From assembly GCA_025201805.1 (NCBI GenBank), contig MU619332.1, forward strand, positions 6,736 to 70,735: a stretch of DNA of 64,000 bases, in the 5' to 3' direction. The DNA is from Parasitella parasitica NRRL 2501. Taxonomy: Eukaryota; Fungi; Mucoromycota. The translations under genes and the position numbers were made by a program. The notes beneath the pieces are model-generated. The model worked only from the letters and a program-made list of their open reading frames with translations, ran no database searches and was not told the origin of the DNA. Each line of letters begins with the position of its first letter. Position 1 is the stretch's first letter. Below, one piece after another: positions 29,715-43,655 of the stretch.

Positions 29715-31860
29715 GTTTTCTTGTTTAATTCTCAAGAGCTTATTTGAGTGAATCGATTCATATTTATATCAGTTTCAAAAATCTGATCTTTTTGACCGAT
29801 GACGAATTCAGACCCTTAATAAGGTATCAAACCTATATTTGTCATTGTTGATAGAGGCTCAGGAAAGGGGTACGTAACATATTTCCTATTCAGCACATAT
29901 TCACCATATCAAAAGATATCTCATACGCCTCAGCTCACGAAAATTCCTTGATATATCTGGGTCATGTATTACCCATTATTCCTTGGCTGCACACCCATAG
30001 CTCTACTTAGCCTTCATCTGAAGGCATTTTTTTTTTTTTTTTTTTTACTTTTCTCAGTGTAAAATACTACGTAAAACTCAATTTAAAATCAAAACTGCTT
30101 TTGAACTTTTTTAATAACACAGGTATAACGCATTGGATTCATTGTAACGGTTTGTTCAGGAACACTCAGATAAAATAATTGCAAAAAAGAGAAGGTGAGC
30201 TCTACTTTGTTGAATTTAACCTCGATCGCCAAAAATAAGTTGATTAGTAACAATTATGATGTCTTGTTTTAGCAAATTTTTGAGAGGTATTTATTTGTTG
30301 GCAAAATTACCCATCATAATTTGAACAGATGTCAAAATCATAAAGTTAATCAGATGTAAAAACCTACAGCTTTCGGAAACAAAGATAATAATAACGCTGA
30401 TCAATGAAGATAAGAATCGTCGCACTAGCAGGTTAATTGCCAATTATTTGCAATTGTCAGGCTATGCAGCAATATTTCACGGACAAAGAAGAATTATTTT
30501 ACGCTTAATAAAACGTGTGCCTTAATATACCGATACAGCGGCGGTACATAATTTGGTTAATTCAAAAAAGAATAAACTTATTAAATGAAGACATTATGTG
30601 TAAAAATGAAAATTATAGGTATACATGCCCGGATTGATTTCATATTAATAATCATGGAAAAAAAAAAAAGTTTTTGCCACTATACACTTTTTAGTAGGCA
30701 CATCGCCCAGTGGAAACCAAGTTGTGCTCAGATAGTGATGATCACGCATATTTTCATGGCGCACAAGACAAGGTTTATTTTGCTCTTTATCGAAGCTATC
30801 AGCGATTATATACAATTTTCATGTGGTTTCTGTACTGTTATTATAGATATCGATGTCTTTATTGGTGAAATTATTTTTATTAGAAAGCGCTGAGCTTTTT
30901 CCATGTTTTCCAGATTATTAGATCTATTCGTTTTAGCAGAGGTTATGACCAAAATGTTCGTTAATAATGAAAACAAAAGAAATTTCACAACATTATGAAT
31001 TTATAAATATTTATCTGAACTTGCTTTTTAACAATGAAGAGATCCGTAATAAAAGTTAAACATGTATATGTATATATATTACATGAATATAAAATTTTCT
31101 GTAGCAATGGGGGATAGTATGCTCTGCATCACGTTTTTAGTAACTTTCGAACAATTACGAGAATTTCTCCTAAATTTTAAGGTTTTGTAGAAAATTGTGA
31201 TTTCCAGTGTATTCATCATCGATTCTTAATATACTTGAGAACAAAGGAAGCTATAATAGTTGTACCTACAATAAAAAAATTTCATGGTAATATATCCATT
31301 TCTGCCCGCAATTTGTATTGAAGTTCAGTGTACTATAAGATTTCAAATATGCAGTAATCGTGAGTTTTTCTCTAGTTTTCGCTATGGGGTTTTGCTTGTA
31401 GGTAATGGTTGGAATGTATTTGCTGCTATTTATTAATAGTATACTGTAAATAAATTAAGATCAGGATCATATTGATGGTGTCTCTGCTGCATAGTTCATC
31501 TACTAGTACCAGATAGATCTAATTGAATGAATGGCATACATATGGAACTAATATCTGGTGATTATCTGTGTGTTCAATTTAAAATGCACTTGTATCTAGT
31601 TGCAAAGCAAAGCGTCTTTGCGGCAACATGCAATTTTATGCCGGAGTATCACAACAAGATGCCCAGGTGTTCAAACTCTGTCATTACAGGAAAAAGTTAC
31701 TGAAACGATGCGTTTATTTTAATATGTATGTTTTTTAATGAGTTTGGTGTCATATATATATATATATATGTATGTATGCATGTATATAACGTTCAATAAA
31801 GAGTTGATGAATGGAATAACAATCTAAAGAACGATATGAATGACTTCAACAGGAATTTGC

Positions 31861-32397
31861 TCAGATCTTTTGGGTCTTTTGGAGTGTTTTTTTGGCATGA
31901 CGTTTACGATGTCTTTTCCCAACATGAGTATCATACTGAACAACATCGTCTTCTTCTTCATCGTCATCTGAAGGCTCGTCATCTGCAGTAGATGCCTCTT
32001 CAATTTGTACTTTTGTATCAAAGGTATCCTCGTCCATATAAGCTTCTTGTTCTTTATCATCCAAAATCTCGATAACCGAAGTGTTTAGCAGGCTGGGAAA
32101 CCAATGGTATTCAATATCAGACTCGGATTCCGTCTCTGAGCCTTCATCCTGAGAGTCCATCAAAGAATAAAAGTCATATCTGGTAAGAGAATCATCGTCT
32201 GAGATTTCATAGTTTTGAGTTGACTCCAATGCTAATCCATTAAGCTCGTTTTCAGATATTTCACGGACTACGACTGAAGAAGAAGTGCCATTTTCTGAGG
32301 ATGATGTAGTGGTTCTTGTGGTCGATATTGTATGCGTTTGGCCTCCTGAAGTTTTAGTAGTAGTTGTTCGCGAAAAGGATTGAAAGTGATAGCTCAT
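31861..32397 (-). CDS. Hypothetical low-complexity protein (Ser/Thr-rich N-terminus, acidic middle, basic C-terminus)
   Basis: 178-aa ATG-initiated ORF with AAA before the ATG; no recognised domain. Confidence 0.6.
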   Translation of the reverse strand: MSYHFQSFSRTTTTKTSGGQTHTISTTRTTTSSSENGTSSSVVVREISENELNGLALESTQNYEISDDDSLTRYDFYSLMDSQDEGSETESESDIEYHWFPSLLNTSVIEILDDKEQEAYMDEDTFDTKVQIEEASTADDEPSDDDEEEDDVVQYDTHVGKRHRKRHAKKTLQKTQKI

Positions 32398-32555
32398 TTT
32401 GTATTGTTCAAAAGGAAGAAAGGAATATCATAAAGCATGGGACTAAAACTTGAAGGGTTTTGAGCAATAATGCTAGACATGTATGAAGCACCAATCTCCG
32501 CGTCAAATATTGTGTTTCGTTCTTTACGTCACATGAACATGCAAGACATGATGGT

Positions 32556-33532
32556 TTATTTCACATTTGATCGACTATGTAGCAGCTGTTGGCAGTGCTT
32601 TTCTACTGTGAATTTAGCTTTATCGTTAGGAAATCCGATAGATTTAGCGCTAAAGAGTATTGTCATCAGCAGATATCAAGTACAACAAGATGTCAGACTT
32701 ACAAATAAAAGATATCCGCAGGACTACGGATCTCGGATACTATTTGTGCCTCGCTTGAAATGATTACATGTTGACCTTGAGTATATTCGAACAGCTGTTT
32801 TGCCAATTGCTCAGTATATGTTCTAGCTTGATTATCTAAGCAATGGCTCAGCAACAGTCTAAAGAATGAGGTAATATGCCAAAATATTTACCTCGAATAG
32901 CAGGAGCATAACATATCTCAAAATAAATATTTTTTTGTAATGCGTTCTTGATATCGACAGAGTTTAATTCAAATGACAAACGCTCGTCAACATGGAGAGA
33001 TATAATGTCGATTTGATCTGACTGACAAGCTGCATGAAACTCATCGTAATCGTTTGTTCGAAGGGCAATTAAATCAAATTGTTCTCTCAAATCAGCAATT
33101 TGTTTCTATAGATACAGATTCGAATGTCAGTGGGGTAACCACGGCAACCTGCAATCAAAAGTTATCGTCTTACGGGATCTATTGTTTCAATGGTAGCCCG
33201 TTTGTAACATGTCAAGGGATGCTTTGAATTCAATATGGAAGGATCAAATATACTTTCGTCGATTGGCTTTGGTATCTTGATTAGTGATATAAGGGTTAAT
33301 ACTGCAGCATTTCCTTTTCCAATGATAAGCCGCTCGGCCTTACTTTTGATTCTATTGTGTAGTTTAGAGCGACTGTAGCTTCATTTACTAGCAAATGCAG
33401 TTGTTAGTTTGATTTTTTCTTTCAGCTACGGGGTTAGTTACATTGTGCCAGGCGTGATAGTATTAGCTTTAATTTGTCAATGGTTGAAGGGTCAGTTTGT
33501 CCTGAGCATGGTATATTAAGGTCGCAATGCAT
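32556..33532 (-). CDS. RPP1: RNase P/MRP subunit p30 (Rpp1), multi-exon
   Basis: MHCDLNIP start, CYKRATIE, FDLIALR..ACQSDQIDIISL..IYFEICYAPAIRD, VIISSEA..IRSPADI. Confidence 0.88.
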
Positions 33533-34742
33533 TTTTATTGATGGCAATAAAAAACATGCAATTAGAAAGATTTTTCCTACATTTTGTTAGTTTATGTGGC
33601 TTGCTAAGCCATTTAAACTTTTTTGATACCCCTTTGCCAAAGATGCATTATTCCCAAAATGAATCATATCTAAATCATGGAATTTGGCTCCTCTTTGATA
33701 TTGCTGATATTGATGCTATTGTTGCTGTTGTCAATGGCTTGAATATTTCATGAATTTGAATCCTATAAAAGAGGGAGATATTTGTACATGAGCACAAAAA
33801 TGGCGTTAACAAACTGTGCCCATCGAAATGTACTGTGAAACTATTTGTGTAATGAATCATATATGATGAGTGGATGTATCTACATAGTAGGTATTTTTTC
33901 CTTTTTTATGTTTATATACATATAGAGACATCTTATCATATACCACTTTATCTATATTTCGGATTACCTATTATGCCGTATAATCTGTTTTTTTTTTTTT
34001 GAATACTTGTTGATTCAATAAATTTCTGTCCAACCATCTGAATGTCACAGAGTTATACGATCCCAAAAATGGCGTTGCACTGAGCTGAAATGCTTTACAT
34101 GGTGATACTGTATGTAAATTTGGTAAATCTGGGCCAAAAAAAAATTTTTTTGAGGAGCTGAACCTGTGCCAAACAGGGCGCTGAGGTAACTAAAAATCAA
34201 GGAGAAGATCATTGTATTGATAAAGCATAATCCGTCAATGGTAAGAATAACAAGACCCAAGGGGGTATGATTTGCAAGGGTGATGCAACTAGATGGTTCT
34301 GTTGCAAAAGCTATCCTTGTTTTCAGTTTTGAACAGAAAGCTGGACAAATGTAAAGAATGCGTGTGTTTTACTAAACTGCACAAACAAATACATGTTTGT
34401 GTTATGTGAAAATCATCGATATTTGAAAGGAGTTGTCTAAATGCATGCACGTATGAGGAGAATCATACACCACTATGACACATGTAACAGCGAGGCGTAA
34501 ATGTTAGTTTAAGCATACTTGTATAGACGGTTATAGCCTATTGCATGTTTTGCCAGGCGGTGTGCCTACATGCATGTATACATTGCATTGTATTTTAGGG
34601 ATATATGAATAAAAAAGATAATCCAAATTTTGTTTTATTAAGGATGAAAATAGGTTAAAATAGTAGAGAAATTAAAAAAGAAAAGTATTAAATGAGAACT
34701 GGTATGATTGAAAGGGAGGGTCATTGAGGCATTGCTTCAAAC

Positions 34743-35450
34743 TTAGTTGATGCGTCCAATAGGCAAGGTGAAGTAAGAGGATTGCTTGGTCAACAAACCT
34801 GACAAAGCGTTATACCAAGCAATCAAGGCAGTAACAACACCAAGAGCACCACCGGCAACAGTGCAAGGAGTAGATTCGTTCATTTTACCGGCAGTCAACA
34901 TGATGAATGTGATGAACAAGAAGAAGAAGAGAGAAATGAGACCAACATTGGAGCGATGAGAGGCAATTAACATAATGCCGGTGAAAATAGTCCAACCCAT
35001 AAGATAATAACCGAGAGATCTGTCCAAAAGCTTGGTATCTGAGCCGTAGCTTCCTACAATGTTGGCTCCAGGAATGAAGATCATACCAAAAGACAACCAG
35101 AAACCACCATAGCTTGAAAATGCAGTAGCACCGAATGTGTTTCCTGTCTTGAATTCCCACATACCAGCCAAGAGCTATGAATAGATATGAATATACAAAC
35201 AAATAACATGCTAAATATTCCAGTAATTTACCTGAACAAGACCACCGTAGAAGAAGGCAAGACCAGTTACAACGCCATGAGGGCCGCTGGGAGATACACC
35301 AGCACCGGCATTGTGGAGTGACAAGACGAAGGTAGTTAAGGCAAACCCACAGAGACCCAAAGGACCAGGATTAGCAATAGTAGGTGCTGCGACTACTGGA
35401 GGAGTGGGAGCAACTTGGTACTTGGATTCGACATCTTGTTGTTCAGACAT
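34743..35450 (-). CDS. GPR1/FUN34/YaaH (ATO/Ady2-type) acetate transporter, 2 exons
   Basis: [26 protein letters not shown]|[23 protein letters not shown]. Confidence 0.95.
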
Positions 35451-38400
35451 TTTGGTTATAATTTGTTGATCTGTACTTTTTGTTCTGATTTGATTGAATT
35501 GGACTTTTTTTTTTATTTGTTAGATAAAAAAGAGAGAAAGAAAGATCTGTGGGGGACAGAAACTGATGTGGATGAGGGGGTATTTATATCTTATTCGAGA
35601 AAAACCTTCTTTGGTTGCATACATTTTACAAGCCAAATTTGGTCATTTTTTATGGGGGGTGATTGAGGAGAACACACATACAGAGCGGATACAAATAAAA
35701 TAAGGCCCTCTCTCCCCCCCCCCCACCTCCCTCGCCAGCAAAAGATTAGAGATTTATTCAAGTTGGTACAACTTTAAATTTGATAGTATATTATATTATA
35801 TGTGGGAAAAAGCCAACTCCACATCCTCCTTGAACGTACCAATTCGTAATTTTAATATATAACAATAAACTTGCTCTGTGCTCTCTATTGTATTAAAATT
35901 ATGAATAATTGGCAACTTTTTTATAGTTTACGTACTAAAGCGCAGGAATTACACAAAAAAGCCAACAAAACGCGAAGGCGAAAAACTAGTTTAACTTTCT
36001 AAACAAAGGAATTTTGGTCGGAAGTACCTCCAAATCTGGATCTTCTCCCGTCCAATTCGGTAAGTATCTGTGCCTCCAATGATTCCAAAGATTCATAGCA
36101 CAGCAACCAGTCAATTTGCGTGTGAACCCATCTTCTCGATGTTGAGAAGGACCATGTCCGTTCTATGGGAAAAAAAAAGCTTTTTTTAAAAAAAGGAAAA
36201 GCAGGTTTAAGAGAGTCTCAATAATGAAATAGAAAAAAAACAACAACAACAAAAAAAAAAAAGAAAAACTCTATCGTAGATTGCAATGTGTCAAAAGGAA
36301 ATGTAATCGATTTACATTTTCTAACCGCGGTAGCATTCCCTTCTCTGGTAAAAATGCCATTTTAAAGATAAAGAAGACAAGAGATAGAGGGTGGGTGTTT
36401 TTTGCCCATGTGCGCTCACCGAAAAAAACAGAGTCTTGGTAGCACGTTTCTTGGGAATTATCTCCCTTGTAACACTGGAAAAGATCCTTCTCGGATTTTT
36501 CATATATAACGAGTAAAGGTATACTTGGCAGCACGTATATTTGCCGTAACATTGGATATTCTTACTTGCCGTAAAATGATGTTGATTCGTCTCATGGTAA
36601 CTTTGTGATAATGAACATGGGACAAAAAAAAAAATTTTTTTTTTTTCTTGTCAGGATAATATTGATGTGAAAAGCATTTTGAACCAAACAAACCAATTTC
36701 TATGTTTTTACATATTTGGATTGAGGTATCACATCCTTCCCTTGCTATTCACGCATTCTTTTTGGTGAGAAAAAAAAACTAAACGATTCCATGGATTCCT
36801 CTATAATATCTCTGGACAATATGAATGTATGACAGCGATAACTTTGTACCACGGCAATAAACTTTATCTTTACATTTTACCCCACATTCGAATAGCACAA
36901 GTCGTACAGATACACATAGAATTCTCTTTGTTTTCGTGGTGATATTAGATGCCCTGCCTTGTTTTGTATGGTTTCATTTTTACCCCAGGATTTTTCTTAA
37001 AATTGGACATATGTGTGTGTGTGTGAGAAGACTCATATTGAAGGAAACGCTTCTTTGTAACAGGTTACCTGTTGTCATGGATTATAGTAACCAATGTCAT
37101 TTCTAGGGATTACATTATCTCCACAAGCACAACTTTACTTTTTTCGTTTGTATACATGTATTCATTCGCATCAAATCACACGTCTCCACTAAAATAAAGA
37201 CTCATATGATGAAAAAAAAACGAATAATGAATAGATTTGACTGCAAATTTTGATGGCATTTCTCCTAGAGAAAATGTGTTTTTTACGTCTATTATTTGAA
37301 TTTGCGTATTGTAACTAGACTTAACAACGCTTGATGCGGTTATTTTCCTTATTCTCTAGAGCTTAATGTACATATCAAGTGTAAGGAATCTTGGTCAGAA
37401 TGTATGCAACTATTTACAGATACATAATGTTTTGTATTCGCGAATACACATCATGCAGATATGCGAATGTGAACATTGCACCATTTCTGAAATTCAGTCG
37501 TATGATTTTTCTGTATACAAACATGGCGTTTTCGGTCGTTTTCCATGCATATAATTTAGAATACATGTTCTGTAGTAAATAAACAATGAGATATCGCACT
37601 CCTGTTGAAGACTTCACACATGTCTTCGTAAGCGATAATATGTATGTATGCAATCAAACCACATTTCTTGATAATGAGCATATAAATTAGAGTCGTATCA
37701 TGCATCTGCTATATACTTTGCATTTTTGTCATGTGCAGTTTTTATTACAACTCTTCTTTCATTGTATGAATATCCCATGACAGTATACCTGCTTAAAAAA
37801 ACATAGGAGTTTAATATTGCTTTTTGATGTTTCTAGTAAGTACCTTATCATCTTCAAAATACTATGACTATTTGGCTGTATCTATTGCTGGTATATAGAC
37901 ATACATCATTAGCACGTGCTATGAAAGAGGAAAAATAAATCTGACGGTATACACACATATGAAAGAAGTCTGAGGTGAGCTAATCGGTATATACAAATTG
38001 CTAAATATATCTTCGGTAAAAGCCTTTACGTTATAATGCTGCATCAGAATTGCATGTACCTGGACTCCGTTAATGAATCAAGCTTTCCGTGATCAAAGGA
38101 TTTCAGAACGTATTAGGAGAGATAGAATAGGACTTATTCGTGTCGTTTCCGAATGTTCAAAATTGACATGATTTGAAAGTTACACACATGCATGCGATGG
38201 CAAACATGGCATGTACGTGTGATTATGGGTGAAAATTGAAAATGAGCACTTGTAAATCGCAAAAGTTCTGTATTTGACGCGACGTCATTTCCCGAATCTT
38301 CCAACTAACACGATTTGCTTTCCTTGGATTTATGCAGCTTGGATTTGAGAGAAGCTATTTGATAGGCTACCAGTAACACACATAGTGCGCCCTGAAATTT

Positions 38401-38718
38401 TTCCATAGTTACAACAATAAGGATGAACTGATTTTGAATGCCATTTTCTTCGTATCACATCAAGATAATTGCCTTGCCACACTCAACAGCAATGTCTGAC
38501 AATGACCAAATTCAGAATGTATGTATTTACGCAGTTTCTTATAAAGTAAAATTGAACATTTACAATTTAAGCTTACATGATGCAAAGGTGCACAGATTTT
38601 TTTTTATATCTAGATATCGCATGAAAAAAAGGCGATAAAGTGGGTAATATTGTTGATTGATACAAGTAAAAATTATAGAAACAAGGATTTTGATAAATGT
38701 AAAGTATGTGTGCTAGTT

Positions 38719-40100
38719 TTACCAAGCAAGCCCACCTTGAAATTCCATGCACCCTAAACCCTGTTCATAGATCTTGTAATTTAATAGACCCCATTCATTT
38801 TCATTGTTCATGTAAACACTTTCGCCACGTTCAATCTTGCCCATGTCTATGTTTGTATTATCGTTGATAGCCTCTTTGTTACTTTCCCATATATTGGCGT
38901 GTTCTTGATGGCAAGTAAAACCAGGCTTGACATAGACAACTGGGATTTTCTTTGTCCAAGCAGCAGTGCAAATGAATTCAATATCCATCCTATTTGCAAG
39001 GAGTTAGAGTAGTTGTACAAAGGAGAGGCAAGCAAATAAAGAATATTTACCATGCAACGCCTCCTGCTTCTCTGTACCCTCTTGGGATTTTCCATGTATC
39101 TCTGTGAGCCATAGTAAAATCACCAGCTTGATCAGCGACTTCAAGGATGTTCATAGTGGTGGTCCTATCTTCGATTTCAGGGTTGTTCCTGCTTGTCACT
39201 GTAATTGGAGGAGGTAATGTGTAGTTCCCCCAATTTTGTTCACCCAATACACAGCTGTTATAAATTGTATCGTCACTGGGGAATGCCTCCAAATTTACAA
39301 TGGAAGGTGGCAAATTGTCGTGGATGTTGTGGTGGTCTTGATGTTGTACATAAATTGTATCTTTTTGAAATACTCGTGATTTAATAGCGTTATGGAAATT
39401 GTGAGACCATATATCGTCTTGGTTGGTGCAGACAACGAATTCACCTCTTGCAAATCGAATACCAACGTTTTTTCCTTCAAATTCATGTAATGGTGATTTA
39501 CCACGGTTCTGTATGATTTCATGAAGCGAGTTGGGTATTGTAATAATCCTATATTTCAAATATTTGGAGCCTCTAAATCTCTACGTGTAACCCGAGTTAA
39601 TCGCTTTCACTCTCAAAGTACATTTATCCTTTCTTACAAAAGCATCGATCACTCTTCTACGATTTTCAGGTGGATTCCATTCTACAATCAACAGCTCAAT
39701 CCTCTCTTGAGTTTTCTCTGCCAAAATATAGGCAGAATCAATAAAATTTTGAAGGCGATGTTGCTGCCCGCTGCAGAACAGGAGGTTACTTTTTCTCTGG
39801 TTCACCGAGAAACTCTCTAGTTACTTACCCAGCATAATTATCGACTCTGGTAACGATTACAATAGAAAGATATTCAGAGGGTGTTTCTCCTGGATCCAGA
39901 CATGACTCCCATTCTTGTCGTGTTAATTGAATCTGATCCACTTGTGCTGTATCTTCAATGATACCGGCGGGTTTCTTTCTAGTTACTGCTGTTGCGTTTC
40001 TGCTAGTTGTAGACATGTCATAGATGAAAAACAAGGATACTAGGGTGAACAAGATAATTGCTGGTAGCAATATACGTTTGTTGGTAGCGAGATGCTTCAT
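38719..40100 (-). CDS. Putative GT-A/GT2-like glycosyltransferase, type II membrane protein, multi-exon
   Basis: N-terminal TM anchor; YLSIVIVTR, IELLIVEWNP, KNVGIRFARGEFVVCTNQDD (DxD-like position), GYRE. Confidence 0.78.
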
Positions 40101-40337
40101 TTATTTTCACAGCTCTCAGCTCTCGAGATAAAGAAAGAGAGGAAAGAAAAGCAAGGGACTAAGGAGGACGTTTTATTGGTCTAGTCATGAGAAACGAAGC
40201 TAAAGAAAGGTAGTCATCCACGATCTACTGGGTTTTGAAGGGCAAATTTTTTAATGAATCAAGATGATGATGATGAAAAAATCATAGATTAAACAGTTGG
40301 TAAATACAATTTTGAAAAATGTACTTTATTTGTTAAA

Positions 40338-41076
40338 GACATCGTTCTTCGTTTAGGCATTTGGCCCAAAAGGCCTCTGCATGCCTTACCCTAAAATGAA
40401 GAGATCTCTGTTTGTCATATATAGCCTTTTTCCTACCATTTGACTTTACACCGTTGATAAGCAACGCTTTTGCACCATCCAACAAAACGCAGCCAGCAAA
40501 GAGCTGTGATACAGCATATTTAGATTATGGACTATCGACCCAGTCAATGTTTGCATTATTTGATATGTCCTCGTCTATTTTCAAGTACCACTTTGTTCTG
40601 TAGAATGTTGGAAATACGGGAATTAGTGTGATGGAAAAGTTATTTCTCAGTAGATAGTAGCTGTGTTTGACGTTTTCATTGTAATCGGTTAAAACTTTAT
40701 CAAGTCCGTGTGCAGTAAGTATTTTTATAGCTGAACCCCAAGAAACCAGCAGCAATAACAGTTGAATTTCCTTTTGTTAAAATCATGTCTAGAGTCAAAG
40801 GAAACACTATTGCTGGTACTATTGCTGGTTTCAAGCCTACGGGATTTCTCGAAATCAAAAAGTTTATCATCAAGAAGCATATCCATTCTGGATTCGAACG
40901 CTCTTGATGCCCCCTTGAACAGCTCTGAAAACCAACTTTTTGAGCACCGGATTTTGCATTTTTATATTTTTGGAACCAGTTGAAAGAAGAGGCATTATTG
41001 ACCCCTCGGCTAAGGTCCCTTCAGCAAAGAATTTTCTCGAAAATACTTTGAATAAGGCAAGATGCAAGTATTTCAT
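40338..41076 (-). pseudogene. Possible degraded gene fragment of unknown family
   Basis: Several consecutive protein-like reading segments on the minus strand broken by frameshifts and stops. Confidence 0.25.
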
Positions 41077-41384
41077 ATCATTAGAGCGATCAAAAAGAAT
41101 CCCTTAAATTTTCAGAAATTAAAAGGGAGGCATCCTCCTTCCTTGAATTCATAACATGTAAAAAACTTTATTATCAAGCTCTCTTGAGCCAAGGATCCTC
41201 CTCCCCCCCCCCTCCCATGATACCTATTTGAACTTTTTGGTTTAATTTGATTCATATTCGAGTTTATTTGACATTATGAGTAATTTAATAAACCTAAAAG
41301 GTCGACATTGACTGAAAGAAAGGTATTTAAGCAGGCAGCGTTTGAGTCTTCTTCTTTTCGTTAAAACCGTATATATACATACAC

Positions 41385-43196
41385 ATGAAATTTACTGCAT
41401 CGACTTTATGTTTAGCTGCTGCATTTGGTGGTTTAGCTGCCAGTGCTTTGCCTGTAGATTCCAATGAATACCGAGCAGGTAGAATTCGATCCGCTTTTCA
41501 GCATGCTTGGAAAGGATACTCAACTTTTGCGTACGGACATGATGAATTGTTACCTGTATCTTCTTCATTTTCTGATTCAAGGTACTTCATCACAGTGATA
41601 AAATATCCTAGTAGTAAATTGTAATCTTTTTTATTTCATTTATGATATTGTAGAAATGGTTGGGGAGGTATGAAACTGAATTAAATACTGCTGAAAAATG
41701 CCATTTACATATTCACATTCTGCTTATGTAGCAAGTATATTTGATGCGCTTGATACCATGATTATTATGAATCTAAATGACGAATTTTACGAGTCTCTTC
41801 AATTCGTTGCAAATGTTAATTGGTCCTCTACGGCGACACCTTCCAAGACGTTCGAAACCTGCATTCGATATTTAGGGGGGCTTCTATCCGCCTACGATCT
41901 TCGCCCTGACCCAATGTTGTTGAAAAAGGCGCTTGAGCTTGTAGATCAAGTCCTGCTTCCTGCATTCAACACCAAAAACCTTATACCTGCATCGTTTGTT
42001 GATGTGCCAAGGTCAGTTTGTGTGTAGGTGACACATGTCAAGTAAACTTACTGTCCTATTCTTTGATATTTTGTGTATAGAAAGCAGCCTATTCTTTCAG
42101 AAACAATTATTCTTGCAGAATTTGCTCTGCAACTTGAATTTGTTCGCTTGAGCCAGATCACAAAAAATCCTGACTGGGAGAGATTGGGAAATCGAGTCAT
42201 TGAAGAGATTGCAAAAGCAAGTACTCCTCTTGAGGGATTGTATTCAATCATATGGGATGCAAACACGTTTCAGCCGAGCAATCGATGTAAGTAGTTTGGT
42301 TATAGGTTTGACCAAGTTAATTGATTCATACTGCGAATAGCGTATATCACTGTATCTGGAGGAGGCGATAGTTTTTATGAGTACCTGCTCAAGACTCATA
42401 TATTAATGGAAGGCAACGAAGATCTGCAACTTCGCATGTGGGAGCAGTCAGTGGCTAGTATGAACTACTATTTACGATCAGTGTCTGCCGAGGGCTCTGT
42501 GTTTTTGAGTGAAGAATTAGGTGGCAAAAAGTATCTCAAATCAGGCGAATTGGTATGCTTTATGCCCGGCAATCTATTACTTGGTGCTCGTTATCTACAA
42601 AAGCCTGCTTACGAGAAATTTGCGCAGGAATTGATGGACTCATGTTTCAAGACATGGCACAACTCGCCAACAGGCCTATCACCCGAGAATTGGGGATGGA
42701 TCAACCAAGAAGCTATCGATAATAACACAACGGCGGTATACACTGTACAGCAAAAAAATACTTTTAGAGATTTGGCGTTTATTCCTACTCAAAAGAGCTA
42801 CCAATTAAGACCAGGTACAGTAAAGTCGCATACACTGGTTATGCCATATTGTAGGCTAGCATTTCTAACAAGTCTGTATCTGTAGAAACGTTGGAGAGCT
42901 TGTTCTACTTTTACCGACTAACGGGCGACCCCAAATATCAAGATATGGCCTGGGAGATATTCGAGTCGATCGAAAAGCACTGCAAAACTGAACATGGCTA
43001 TTCATCAGTGTCCAACATCATGGACAATCAAAGCGACATCACGAACGACTTTCAAGAAAGCTACTTTTTTGCTGAAACCTTGAAATACCTCTTTTTGATA
43101 TTTTCAGACAAATCGCTCATATCATTAGATGAGTATGTATTCAATACCGAAGCACATCCTTTTAGATTGAGTAAGCCTATTAAAGTTCAAGTCTGA
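41385..43196 (+). CDS. Glycoside hydrolase family 47 alpha-1,2-mannosidase, multi-exon, signal peptide
   Basis: [85 protein letters not shown]. Confidence 0.95.
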
Positions 43197-43350
43197 AGCC
43201 ACCAAGAATTTGATTTTTGGGATAAATAAGTAAGGGGAAGGGAGGAGTACATGAGCAATGTAATTCAGGGCTTGTTTGGCAGAATCCCGAGAAATGAAAC
43301 GATATAAATACATGATCACTTTAATAAATTCATTCAAAATCACCATAAAC

Positions 43351-43596
43351 ATGCAAACAAGCGCCTTTTTTTTAGTCTATTTATTCATTGTCATTATTGC
43401 GTTATTCGCGTCCAGTGCAAAGGCAGGTATCCTTGGTGGTAGTGGCAATTCTCAAGACGATCCAAGTCTTCAAAACCAATTTGGGCTATTGAATGTAGAA
43501 GTTGGGGAAATCATAGGCTATCACAAAGCAAGTGGCGAAAGGCCAGGTCTTTTCCGTAAAAGATTTGCCAGCAAATTACGCAAAAACAAGAAATAG
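43351..43596 (+). CDS. Small secreted protein (81 aa)
   Basis: Signal peptide MQTSAFFLVYLFIVIIALFASSAKA; mature region GILGG..GLLNVEVG; basic tail after RKR. Confidence 0.65.
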   Translation: MQTSAFFLVYLFIVIIALFASSAKAGILGGSGNSQDDPSLQNQFGLLNVEVGEIIGYHKASGERPGLFRKRFASKLRKNKK

Positions 43597-43655
43597 CCAC
43601 TACAATTAGAAAAAAAAAAACCAATTTATTGCTTGTTATGCATACGCCAAACTCA

